Shown here piece by piece: positions 48,863-60,663 of a DNA stretch of 64,000 nt. Under the pieces are notes generated by a model. The model saw nothing but the letters and a program-made list of their open reading frames with translations. It was not told the DNA's origin and did not search any database. Within the stretch, counting starts at the first letter, position 1; every line of letters begins with the position of its first letter. Both the position numbers and the translations under genes were made by a program. This stretch comes from Okamejei kenojei (Eukaryota), in contig CM069169.1 of the NCBI GenBank assembly GCA_035221665.1, positions 17,484,001-17,548,000 of the forward strand. The letters are read 5' to 3'.

Positions 48863-49855
48863 ATTTTTTATCAATCACTATGTAATGAATAATGAGCATG
48901 TGGTAGGTATTTTAGTAACAAGACATTGTTATGTTGGTTGATATAGGAACTCCTTGTTTCTCTCCATGAAAAATGAATGCCACCGTATCTTAAACCTCAG
49001 AAAACTGCTGTGAGCCAGGGTTTAATATTTCACTTGCAGGAATGCCTATTAGATTTATAGCTAAATTTTGCAATATGTCAGTTGGGCTACACCGTGAATA
49101 CGGAATGCATTTAGTTATGATGACTGTGGTGCGTACATTCTGAAGGCCACTCAGAGTTGTGTGATTATCCCAGTAAACATGAGGAAAACCTGAATAATTT
49201 AGTGATAGGAAATACTTGGGAAGGTACGTTATGCAGGGTAGCTTTCAATATTGAGAGGTTGAGGAAAATATCAAGCCAGTAAATCACTTGGATAACATAC
49301 AGGTTCAAACCGATTTTTTGCAAGTTAATATGTGCCAATGACACGCAGTATAGATTTCTGGATTTTCCCACTGGAAATATGAAATAAAAAGATATGAAAC
49401 TTCATTTGTGTGAAATATTAAATGGTTTCTCCACATACGCTGCTTTACCCACTGAATATTGTCGGGTTTTCTGTGTAAGTTCAGATATATAATTTGTTTC
49501 ACCGCATGAATGGATGATCCTGATTAGCATAGTAAATTTCTCCATCCATGTTGATAGGATAAAAAAAAATCTAAGTGCACGAAGCACTGAATCTGCAGCA
49601 CCAGACCATTGTCTCTGAGAAAGATCTACCAACTTAGTTCCATTTCTCTGTTCTTCCCAGATTTTTTATTTTGCTTTTCAAGTAAGGGTATATTTGTTTT
49701 TTTGCCAGTTGGTATAATTCTTCTTTCCTTCTGGGCCGGTGTTTCCGTAAACCTCGTTGTGTGTATAAAACAAAAACAATTCCTGTTGCTTAATTTCTTT
49801 TCTTTCCCCTTAAACCTGTAACCACTAATTACTGCTCTATTATCAACGCTTCCAC

Positions 49856-50319
49856 CATAGAAACATAAAAATTAGGTGCAGGAGGAGACTATTCGGCCTT
49901 TCGAGCCAGCACTGCCATTCATTGCGATCATGGCTGATCGTCCCCAATCAATAACCCGTGCCTGCCTTCTCCTCATATCCCTTGATTCCACTAGCCCCTA
50001 GACCTCTATCCAACTCTCTTTTAAATCCATCCAGTGATTTGGCCTCCACTGCCCTCTGTGGCAGGGAATTCCACAAATTCACAACTCTCTGGGTGAAAAA
50101 GTTTTTTCTCACCTCAGTCTGAAATGGCCTCCCCTTTATTCTAAGACTGGCCCCTGGTTCTGGACTCGCCCAACATTAGGAACATTTTTCCTGCATCTAG
50201 CTTGTCCAGTCCTTTTGTAATTGTATATGTTTCTATAAGATCCCCCCCCTCATCCTTCTAAACTCCAGTGAATACAAGCCTAGTCTTTTCAATCTTTTCT
50301 CATATGACAGTCCCACCAT
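49856..50319 (-). mobile_element. CR1-clade LINE 3' end
   Basis: LSYEKRLKRLGLYSLEFRRMRG peptide and matching 3'UTR. Confidence 0.85.
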
Positions 50320-51469
50320 TACCAGTGAGATAATGAATTCTATTAAAACCCAGCATCTTTCAACATTGCAATTAACTGTGCCCTTGGCCATCTCTGCAAT
50401 CAGGTGAACAATCCTAGCTTTTCTAATCTCTTTATGTAACTGATGTCTTTCATCCCTGGTATAATTCTGGTAAATCTCTCCTGTGCCTTTTCTACAGTCT
50501 TGATATGCTTGAGAAAGGCACTCAGAATTGAATACATCATTCCACGTGAGGCAAAACCGGTTGGTTAATATGTGCAATGTTAGGGGCTCATTTCTGTGAT
50601 TGTGCAATGATCAATAATGCTGTTGTAAGAATGAACAACTGATCATCATGACAGCCATTTTGAGGGATGGAGCTCTTTGCCATGAACAAAGTTCAAAATG
50701 GATGCTGAAAGCAGGGAGGCTGTTAAGCACTGGCCCAAGATTATGTTAAAATAGGAATGAAATTCAAACTGAAGGGTTTTAAGAGCTGAGAGACATTGGA
50801 ATATCTGTCACAGTAAGTGCTGCCGTTTTGCAGGCATTAATTTCTTACATGTTATGATAATATTTTAATATATGTTTTAAGAGGATGACTGACTTTCTTC
50901 TTGGAAAAGGACAGTGAAAGGTTTGGATAATGAAAATCAATGCAAGTCATTTCCCTTGGTATCTACCAGATTTTGCAAAAGACTTGTTCTGTACAGTTGT
51001 CTTTCTAACCATTATTAAATGTTGGTCGCATGAGCTGATTTGATTATTGTGGAAAATTCAAGAGTCAGGAGTGTTTTATTGTCATGTGTCCCAGATAGAA
51101 CAATGAAATTCATACTTACTGCAGCACCACAGAATATGTAAGCATAGTACACTGTGAACAATATGATAAACGAGAGAGAGAAAAAAAAGTTACATTTAGC
51201 CTTAGTCATTTTTCTTTGCATCCCCCCAGGAGTTAACATTTCTCATGATTGAAGAAGGATGAGGTTGCGATTCCTTAACGTTATGGTAAGCATTAATGGA
51301 AGGCCTTTCCCCACTTCTGTTTTGTTTCGTAACTAGTGCGCGTGACGGGTAAAGAGCCTTTCCACATTTACATCTGAAGCTGATGTAGTTTTTTGTACGA
51401 GAAGATGTTCTGCAAGAAATGGTTGTGGTTAACCAGCAGTGTGTTTCTCTGAGATCCACCCCTCCTTAC

Positions 51470-51575
51470 CTGACTGGCTGGATTGGGTAATGTGTCCTGC
51501 TGTGCTGACCCAACATCACTTGCGACTGATCCTGTAGATTCTCAACCTGCTCAGGGTCCTTCAGCCCTCGTGTTT
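51470..51575 (-). CDS. NR2E3: NR2E3 exon 7 ([36 protein letters not shown])
   Basis: ttcag / AG|GTAAGG, phase 1->2; not in the ORF track. Confidence 0.96.
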
Positions 51576-52973
51576 CTGAAGGAGATGACAGATTTAGTAA
51601 TTGTCTACTTCACTGCTGAAGCAACATTACGATTCCATTGAAAGTACATAAACATCTCCTATCCCAATTATGGCACAGTGGGTAATGGTGATTTGTGCAT
51701 GCAGGGAACATTTCTTAATCTCTTTTTCTCACTAAATTATCTGGTGCAGGCTGAGACATAGGTTTTGGAGTGGTACATTTAATTTTGGCACAGGAAGAGG
51801 AAAAACTGCCTAATTTAAAATTGACATCTCCTGCAGATGCATTTGACAACAACAGGTTAAGATTTACTTGGGACCTTCTCACTGTCTGGGATCAGGTGTT
51901 ACAAATAGGTCAAATAGCTACTGAACTGCATATTTGAAGCAGTTAGCACTTTCAAGAAAGAGTGAGAGAAAGTTGATGAAGAATGTTAGGAAAGACAGTG
52001 GTCCATTACATGGTTATATCGATTTAATAGCGCCAGTCTCCAGCTGTGACACAAACCTTACAAAAGGCAACTGTACCAAGGGAATGAGCAAATGTTTGTA
52101 ATAAATACAGGCCATTATAAAAGAACTGGACACAAAGTACTGGAGTAACTCAGCGGGTCAGGCAGCATCTCTGGAGAACATGGATATATGATGATTCAGG
52201 TCGGGTCCCTTCTTCAGACTGCGATCCATATTCTCCAGTGATGCTGTCTGATCCACTGAGTTACTCCAGCCCTTTGCGTCATTTTTTGTAAACCAGCATC
52301 TGCAGTTTCTTGTGACTCCCAACAAAGGAAATAATGTAACTAATTGATGCGTTCTCTCAGACGTATAATCTAGAATGTTATGAATCTCCAAGTGTCTTCC
52401 TTCAAAAACTGCGTAATATTTAAAAACCAAAAAAAAAGCTACCATCGATTTGAGTTATTATAAGTCTATGCCAAGTTAGTGTGTTGTTCTAATTACAACA
52501 AGTCAAAACAATGGATATTTTTAAGACAGAGATAGATAGATTCTTGATTAGCATAGGAGTTGGGGTTATGGGGAATGGGCTTGAGAGAGAAAGATAGATC
52601 AGTCATGATTGAATGGCGGAGTGGACTTGATGGGCTGAATGGCCTAATTCTGCTCCTATAACTTATAAAGAGTGTCTGTCCCTCAGTCATTCAGCATTTT
52701 TCTCTGGTGATATGCTCAGCCTGCCGTTTAATTCTTTAGGTACAGCACTCTACATTACAACTGAGTGAAGGGTAGTTGGTTTAACCTGGCATATTAGCCA
52801 AGGGGGAATGCAACTTGTGCAGGAAGGAATTACAGAGTCTGGTTTAAATCGAGGGTAGACACACAATGCTGGAGTAACTCAGCGGGACAGGCAGCATCTC
52901 TGGAGAGAAGGAATGGGTGGTGTTTTGGTCGAGACCCCTCTTCAGACGAAGAATTTAGGGGAATGCAACTCAC

Positions 52974-53214
52974 CTGGTTTAAACAGCACCACAGCCTTCA
53001 GGCAGGCAAACTCGGTGGGATCCACAACAAGGGCCTTGAAGCGGCTTATGGTCTCCTGCAGGATGCGGACATCTGCCATGGTAGAGCTGCTCTTTCCTTG
53101 AGGGCTGTGTGAGAGTTCGGGTAACGATAACAAAGGGCAGCCATCCAGGGGCATGGACCACTGGATGGCACAGAGCAGGAAGAGTTCATTCCAGGCTTCC
53201 TCCAACAAGATTAC
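52974..53214 (-). CDS. NR2E3: NR2E3 exon 6 ([24 protein letters not shown]...[14 protein letters not shown])
   Basis: ttgcag / G|GTGAGT, phase 0->1. Confidence 0.97.
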
Positions 53215-54094
53215 CTGCAAAATAAAATGCCTTCAGATGATGGTGTGGAACAACCTAAAGATTATCCATCAAACACCTCTGTGGTCAGAGAGGTTCTGCA
53301 CATTCCCACCTTTTGCTTCTTGGCTCTTGCTTGTCGGATGTGCTCAGGCTGTGTGCAGCTCAGGAGATTTGGCACCAAAGTAGCCGCTTAGATTGGCACT
53401 TCTTTAATCACCCCAACTTTAATTCCTGCCACCGCTGCATTGTGTACCATCTATAAAACGCGCTGCATTTAATCACCCAAGCTCTCCTGACCTATAACCC
53501 AAGAGAAACAAGGGCAACAGATTGCCGTCCAACACCGTCCTGGGTTGGAAATATCCAGAACAGACTGGATGGGCCGAATGGCCTATTTCTGCTCCTACGT
53601 CTGTGTCATGATATCACTGGTCATCTGCTATGAGATCCTAGAACGCACTAACCAATTGCTGTGGCGTACCTTCACCTAGGACTACAACAGTTTATCATGT
53701 TCCAAGCCAACTTTCAAAGGCAGATACAGGATGGGCAATAAATGCTGGCCTCGCCCATACCACCCAAATCGTGAAAAATGAATAAAAGGAGTGTACCGTC
53801 TCCCAATCAAGCCTCCATTATAATGTCCTAAATATGTGCCCTTACAAATGTTATTAACACAGACCATTTTAGTATTATTTCCCCAATACCAAATCACCCG
53901 ACATTTTACAGACATGGAACACAATATGCTGGACTAACGGAGAAGGTTCAGATGAAGAAGGGTCCCGACCCAAAATGTGACCAACCCATGTCCTCCAGAG
54001 ATGCTGCCTGACCTGGTGAACAACTCCAGCACGTTGTGTTCTGCACAAGATTCCAGCATCTGCAGTTCCGTGTGTCTCCATTTTACAGACATAC

Positions 54095-54276
54095 CTGGTC
54101 TCGGAAGGGTAGGTTGGAGAATACTGGGAGATTCTTTGCCCATTTAACTGCCATGAAGAGCAACCTCGCTGAAGCTTCATACACACTTTCGGGGCTGCTG
54201 GGCGGGTAGGTGGACATCTGGTACTCAGTGGATGTCCTCTCAGGCTCATTACTCATCACATCAATGTTCTCGTCCA
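54095..54276 (-). CDS. NR2E3: NR2E3 exon 5 (VDENIDV...[26 protein letters not shown])
   Basis: tgcag / CAG|GTATGT, phase 1->0; LBD helix 3 signature. Confidence 0.97.
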
Positions 54277-54671
54277 CTGCAAGCCCAACACACAACAGTG
54301 AAATGTAAACCAACTCTCCTCGTTGCAGTCTTTGCCTTTCACATTGCTTATAATGTACAGAAGCTTGGAAGTGCATACCAGATTCTGGAACGGCTCTTCC
54401 TCCTCTGTTGTCAGGCTTCTGAATGGTCCTTCCATAATCCAACTCACTTCTTCCCCATTTGTGGACATTGATCTCTGCAACTGATGCGCTACAATGCTGA
54501 GAACTATATTCTGCACTCTGAATCTTTCCCTTCGCTCTGCCGATTGTACTGGAGTTTGGCTCGATTGTTTATGTGTTTATTATTATTTGATTTGATTAGA
54601 TAGCATGTAAAACAAAGCTGCACCCCGGAACCTGTACAATAATAAATCTAGATCAACAGAATGATATGAGT

Positions 54672-54699
54672 CTGAAGAAGGGTCTCGACCCGAAACGTC
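54672..54699 (+). ncRNA. Minimal type I hammerhead-ribozyme motif in a Penelope-derived repeat (perfect copy)
   Basis: CTGAAGA-A-[GGGT CTCG ACCC]-GAAA-CG-TC; conserved core boxes, stem II, ACGT palindrome in place of stem III. Confidence 0.65.
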
Positions 54700-55165
54700 A
54701 CCCATTCCTTCTATCCAGAAATGCTGCCTGTCCCGCTGAGTTATGCCACAATTTTGTGTCTATCTTCGGTTTAAACCAGCATCTGCAGTTCCTTCCTACA
54801 CAGTATAGTTTCTGTGACAGCACAATGGGGTATTTCAAGCTAACCCTGCACAATGAAAGAATGGAGAATATGCTTTCATATCCTTGCATGGTTTCATATC
54901 TGACTCCCGATCCATATGGAATCCATTAATTTCACCCATGGATGCTGAGTTGCATTAGCCCATGTGCAAGTAGTGGTTAAAGGTTCTTGCTCCTGATCCT
55001 TCCTGTAGAGTGTGAGTGTGTGTGTGTGTACATGTGCCTGCGTGCACGTACGCATACAGCATTTAGCCCACTTTCTTTTATGAGTGGTATTATCAACCGC
55101 TCCGTGATAATACCAATCTCAGCATGTCTTGAGGCCAAAGGAAGATCAGAGACAGTAAAAAGGAA

Positions 55166-55378
55166 GGATAGACACAAAATGCTGGAGTAACTCAACGGGA
55201 CAGGCAGCATCTCTGGAGAGACGGAATGGGTGGCGTTTCGGGTCGAGACTCTTCTTCAGACCCGATCCGAAATGTTACACATCCCTTCTCTCCAGAGATG
55301 CTGCCTATCCCGCTGAGTTACTCCAGCATTTTGTGTCCACCTTCGATTTAAACCAGCATCTGTAGTTCTTTCCCACAC
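55166..55378. mobile_element. Inverted dimer of the Penelope-derived short repeat
   Basis: gacacaaaatgctggagtaactc... / ...gagttactccagcattttgtgtc arms. Confidence 0.8.
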
Positions 55379-55923
55379 AAAAAAGAAGTAAAAGTATATT
55401 TCCATCTTGAATGGATTTTGTGAATTGACAGCAGACCTAATTGTTTATGAAAATAAAATCGTACAGATACTCAGAGTATGCACCATTTGTGAACAGAGCA
55501 ACAGTTAACGGTTCAGGATGTTGTATTTTCATCAAAACTGGATTACATTTTTCTACATTTCCTACACTTAATGTTTTAATTCTCTGAAATAAATAAGCAA
55601 GAGTTCAGATGCTTGGTGAATGTTCACAGTTCTTTTTTTCCCCTGGATCGAAGATTCAAAAACTCAAGGGCATTGGCTTAAAGTGAGAGAGGAGAGATTC
55701 AAAAAGTGACCACAGGGCAACATTCACACAGATCGTTATATGTAGCTGGAACGTGGAAGCTAAAGAAGTGGGTACGATTACGACTTTTAAAGGACATTTG
55801 GACAGATACATGATAGGACGGGTTCACAGGGCGATGGTCCAAATGTAGGCAAATGGGACCAGCCCAACATGCCAACCTGGTCAGCATGGACAAGGTCTGT
55901 TTCCATGCCGTCCAGCTCTGTGA

Positions 55924-56302
55924 CTGATCTCATTGAAACCCGAATAGTGAAAGGTCTGGATACAGTGGATGTGGAGAGGATGTTTCCTCTAGTGGGGGAA
56001 TCCAGGACTAGAGGTCACAGCCTCAGAATTAAAGGACGTTCTTTTAGGAAGGAGATGAGGAGGAATTTATTTAATCAGAGGGTGGTAAATCTGTGGAATT
56101 CTTTGACACAAAAGGCTGTGGAGGCCGTCAGTGGAAATATTTAAGGCAGAGATAGATAGATTCTTGATTAGTACGGGTGTCAGAGGTTATGGGGAGAAGG
56201 CAGGAGAATGGGGTTAGGAGGGAGAGATAGATCAGCCGTGATTGAATGGCGGGATAGACTTGATGGGCCGAATGGCCCAATTCTGCCCCTATCACTTATG
56301 AC
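55924..56302 (+). mobile_element. CR1-clade LINE 3' end, ending ~24 nt from the NR2E3 exon 4 donor
   Basis: DLIET..KGLDTVDVERMFPLVGESRTRGHSLRIKG...RVVNLWNSL. Confidence 0.85.
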
Positions 56303-56325
56303 ATGATTAAGACGGAGCAACTGAC

Positions 56326-56568
56326 CATCCTCGGGCTCCAGCTTGGCACAGGTCTCTGCAGTCATCAGGCTAGCCATGAACCTGTGGTTGGTTTGTGGGC
56401 TGGTGGACCTTTGGCTGGCGCTGATGTTACAGCAGACCGGCCTCTGGGTGCTAGCAGACGACGAGGTTGTCTCTCTGGTTGTGGCAATGTTCTCCTTGTC
56501 AGGGTCCAGTTCGGCCGTGTCCACCCGTACCTGGGCAGTGCTTCTGGGCTGCCGTTCGTTCTGTACAG
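56326..56568 (-). CDS. NR2E3: NR2E3 exon 4 (AVQNERQPRSTAQV...HRFMASLMTAETCAKLEPED)
   Basis: cccag / G|GTCAGT, phase 1->1; diagnostic hinge peptide. Confidence 0.97.
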
Positions 56569-56756
56569 CTGGGGAACGAGGGACAAAGTGTGAGCAGACC
56601 AAGAGTGAAGATGAAAAGCAGGAAAACAAGACGAACCACCAAAAAATTAAGCACAAAGAGATTTTTCACAATTACATCTGCAAAAGCAGAAACCGCAAGC
56701 CATAATTTTTGTAGCTGCTCGCATAAACTAGCCCAGTGACATTGACATTCACTCAC

Positions 56757-56860
56757 CATCCTTGTTCATGCCAGCCTGCAAACACTTCTTGAGTCTGCAA
56801 GCTTGACACTGATTCCGATGGGCTTTATCCACAGGGCACATCCCTGTACCAGCCTGGCAT
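56757..56860 (-). CDS. NR2E3: NR2E3 exon 3, second zinc finger ([34 protein letters not shown])
   Basis: ttcag / G|GTGAGT, phase 2->1; not in the ORF track. Confidence 0.97.
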
Positions 56861-58467
56861 CTGAAAACAGGAATTAACAAGTCGCTGAGACTCTACAACA
56901 CCAAATGCTGAAGAACGCTGTATTGCTTGCATACAGTGCCAATGAACTTCCCAAGGATGTTAAACTGTATGAGGAATCTTATGTACAGAGGAACTCCTGA
57001 TGCAGAAAGTGTGGGAAAATGGAACAGTTATAGGCATAGACAATAGGTGCAGGAGTAGGCCATTCGGCCCTTCGAGCCAGCACCGCCATTCAATGTGATC
57101 ATGGCTGATCATTCCCAATCAGTACCCCGTTCATGCCTTCTCCCCATATCTCCTGACTTCAGTTGTCCAAATTTAATGAATTTTCAGGATTTAATTCTGC
57201 TTATTGTACCCGATTATCACCCGATTACCCGAGTACCAGGTTATCAGCTGAAATCGTGACAATATGTTCCATCTGAATCATTTTCTTTCCATTGAGCAAT
57301 ATTAGCTTTGCTGGAGTACTCCTGTCTTCCAGTCAGGAGGTTAAATATTTAAACATCACAGTAAATATTAAGTGTAATTTTTTGTCTTTAGTACAGAAGT
57401 TGCCAGGGGTGCTGTCATGTAAATTAAACATTAAGCTAATCCGTTATAGTGTATATAAAGACTCAAGGTGAAGAGCAGGAGAATTTACTAATCTCCTGAC
57501 TGATGGTTGTCCCTCAGCCTTCACCATTAGGATGCTCTGGGCAAATTAGTGACTCTTAAAACACTAGTACCATGATTTTAAAATCTAATATGAAGGATGT
57601 CCTGAAGAATGGACAATGTTCTATCATATCAATACATGTTTGCTCTTTTCCAGAGCATTTGCACCTTATTAATTAACCTACCCCTCAAAATTTGTCTGAA
57701 GAAGGGTCTCAACCCAAAATATCACCAATTGATTCCCTCCACAGATGCTGCCTGACCATGCTGAGTTCCTCCAGCACTTTGTATTTTGCTCAAGATTCCA
57801 GCATTTGCAATTTGTGTGGTCTCCTCTAATTTTTCTTCTCTCCATTCCTAACATCTGCTTGGATACTGATTCCAGAATTGCTAACACTTCTGATTTAGTT
57901 GATTGTTATTGCTCTTGTGATATTATTAAACAAACAATCCTCTAATCACATGAATCTTAAGCCTAGGATAATCTCCCTTCACCCACTTCTCCACCCAACC
58001 CCTTCTCATAACTTATCTTTCTGAAGTAATTCCAATGTTTAAATATGAACAAAATCAACCAAAGAAGAAGAGGACACGAGTATTTGGCAGCATCAGTCTC
58101 TGACATCCATGCAAACAGTCTGCAAGTCCTGGATATGTTTTTCCAATCCGGAGTTCCCCTCTGCAACTCTGACCCCTTCCTTGCTTCTCCTCTCCTAATG
58201 GTTTTACTGTTCACTTCTGGAGCTTTGAACCATGTCTGACATGAACCGCAAGGATTAGTCCAGTGGAATTTAATGACATCCACTTGAGGCTGGGAGGGAG
58301 CCAATTAAAGTAGTAATTTAGGGTCCTGATTAATTCTGTACATCTCATAATAACTAATATGAACTCATCCATCCCATAGTATTGAATGCATAAAGATCCC
58401 ATTCTCATCCCAGTATGTGGCATTTCAGTTCCAGATTTACATCGCCTGACATTAGTTTAGGTTTGGG

Positions 58468-58675
58468 AAAGAACTGCAGATGCTGGTTAAAATCAAAGAT
58501 AGACACAAAATGCTGGAGTAACTCAGCGGGCCAGGCAGCATCGCTGGCCAGAAGGAATGGTCGAGACATTTCTCCATCAATCTGAAGAAGGGCCTCGACC
58601 CGAAACGTCACCCATCCCTTCTCTCCAGAGATGCTGCCTGTCCCGCTGAGTTACTCCAGCAGTTTGTGTCTATCC
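58468..58675. mobile_element. Inverted dimer of the Penelope-derived short repeat with hammerhead motif at 58582-58609
   Basis: Same family arms; near-perfect core. Confidence 0.78.
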
Positions 58676-58794
58676 ACTTTATTTTACCTTTTACCCAATG
58701 AATCATTGATTTAACAATTTCAAAGTCTTGACAAGTTAGTTTAAAGAGTTTAAACTCATGATCCCATCTCTCCAATACTGCAGCAGTAACTTAC

Positions 58795-58945
58795 CTGTAG
58801 ATGAGCTTCCTTCTCACGCTCCTCTTAAAGAAACCGCTGCAACCATTGCAAGCGTAGATACCATAGTGCTTCCCACTGCTTGTGTCCCCACACACCTTGC
58901 ACATCAGCACGGGGCTGAGAGACTTTCCTGGACTGGGACTCTTTA
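58795..58945 (-). CDS. NR2E3: NR2E3 exon 2, first zinc finger ([36 protein letters not shown])
   Basis: P-box CNGCSG is typical of NR2E3 (NR2E1 has CDGCSG); tag / AG|GTAAGT, phase 1->2. Confidence 0.97.
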
Positions 58946-59225
58946 CTACAACAAGCGCAGAAGGAAAAAAAAATCTCAGTACTGACCCTGACCATCCTAG
59001 TCGGGCAAAGGAGTTCAATCAGTCCCACTATAAATACATTGACTTGATTCATCACTGACTGAGATCACGTCTGCACCAAGTGTGCGCTTCATTCCTATCT
59101 GAGATTTGGATTTACCTCATCAGATAATTAAATATAAATAACACAAGATCATAAAGATTGATCGTACTTAATATGAAAGAAGAAATGCCAGCGTTTTGAA
59201 TAACAATAAACAGTGATAAACATGT

Positions 59226-59422
59226 TTAAGAAAGAACTGCAGATGCTGGAAAAAATTGAAGATAGACAAAAATGCTGAAGAAACTCAGCGGGTGAGGCAG
59301 CATCTATGGAGCGAAGGAATAGGTAATGTTTCGGGTCGAGACCCTTCTGAAGAAACATCACCTATTCCATCGCTCCATAGATGCCGCTTCACCCGCTAAG
59401 TTTCTCCAGCATTTTTATCTAC
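59226..59422. mobile_element. Inverted dimer of a second subfamily of the Penelope-derived repeat
   Basis: Arms aaactcagcgggtgaggcagcatctatggagcga; flanked by a ~15-bp TSD CAGTGATAA(A/G)CATGT. Confidence 0.78.
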
Positions 59423-60553
59423 CAGTGATAAGCATGTGATTCTCTCAGAGTCTCAAAAGGTGGTTCTTCCTGTGACTCCAAAAAAATTAGGAATTTAGCT
59501 TGAGGATAATAGCTGAAGGGCGTCTTGGAGTCTTCTTTTCAGCATCATTATTTACAGGTACGTCTTGCTGCAGCACGATTTATGCAAAATTATTGGAGCT
59601 TGTCTCACATCTGTGTATAGCTGCACGCTGTCAACTTTCATATTTATACCATTAATACATAAATAGATCCATGATAATCAATGGATGAACACTCTAATTC
59701 TAGGTTCATACTATAAATGGGTATAATTAAGAGCAGTATTTTGTTCAATCTGAAATTTCAATAATCTTTGTTTTATATATATATTTTATACTTAAAATTA
59801 TTTTCCAAAGCAGACTGGATGCAATTAAGTAGGTTTCAGTTCCCGAAAGGGCCAGGGGTTTATTACATAAAGGTTTTTTTAGATTGAAGGCCCACATAGT
59901 ACATTTACACTTAATTAATCTATGTATGCTTCTCTGCTTCAAGAATCTGCTGTAATATTCATACGCGTTTGTAGAACCTTTATCAACGTGCCTGTTCCTT
60001 GCTCTGTTTACCATTATTTGAGCTCTGACAACATTGCACTTCATGTACTGGAACATCATCTCCAAATTCAGTGAATCTTGGTCTCTGTCTCTAGGTGTGT
60101 ATCTATCTGACTGTCTCCTCTCCAATAACACCTTTTTCTTAGACTCTCAGTCTTTCACCCACATTTTCTCAGATCTTTTACTGTTTTACCTTCCGTCACC
60201 CTTGCTTCTGGCTTGCTCTCCTTTTCACTCCACTGGCTTTCTGTCTACTTGCCAGTCCTTGCACTGCTTCCATTTGTATGGCTATCCTTGTTTGCCATCT
60301 CTCATACCTTCTCATAGATGTTATCGTTCTCTCTGTCTTCATTTCTGTTAACCTCGAAAATTTGTTCTCTCGTCATTGCACATCCCAAATCCTGGACTTC
60401 CCACGTCACTTTAATTTCATGTTTCATGTAGCCTCTTGTGTTTTATGACTGTTGACAGACCAATTTCCCTCCTGAGATAAATAAAGTTCTATCGTATTGT
60501 TTCATTCTTTCATTCTCTCAGACAAATACTCATTCATTCTGTCTTTTACGTAC

Positions 60554-60611
60554 CTGTCTGGCTGTCCTCCAACTCCGGGCTGACTGATAACTCTCTTGGA
60601 GAGCTGCTCAT
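60554..60611 (-). CDS. NR2E3: NR2E3 exon 1 coding part (MSSSPRELSVSPELEDSQT)
   Basis: ATG at 60611, CAG|GTACGT donor, phase 1 fits exon 2; Ser/Pro-rich N-terminus like other NR2E3 proteins. Confidence 0.75.
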
Positions 60612-60612
60612 T

Positions 60613-60663
60613 CTACACTTCAGAGGAAGATCTGACCTCTGAGCACACAACTTGTTGCAACAT
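60613..60663 (-). other. Upstream ORF (MLQQVVCSEVRSSSEV*) ending 1 nt before the NR2E3 ATG
   Basis: ATG at 60663, TAG at 60615-60613, then A-ATG; relevant only if the TSS lies upstream of 60663. Confidence 0.45.

Noticed and set aside
56303-56739. + strand ORFs opposite NR2E3 exon 4, and - strand ORFs opposite MYO9A exons (e.g. 10778-11068, 35483-35872)
   Set aside because: Antisense shadows of real coding exons with no independent signals.
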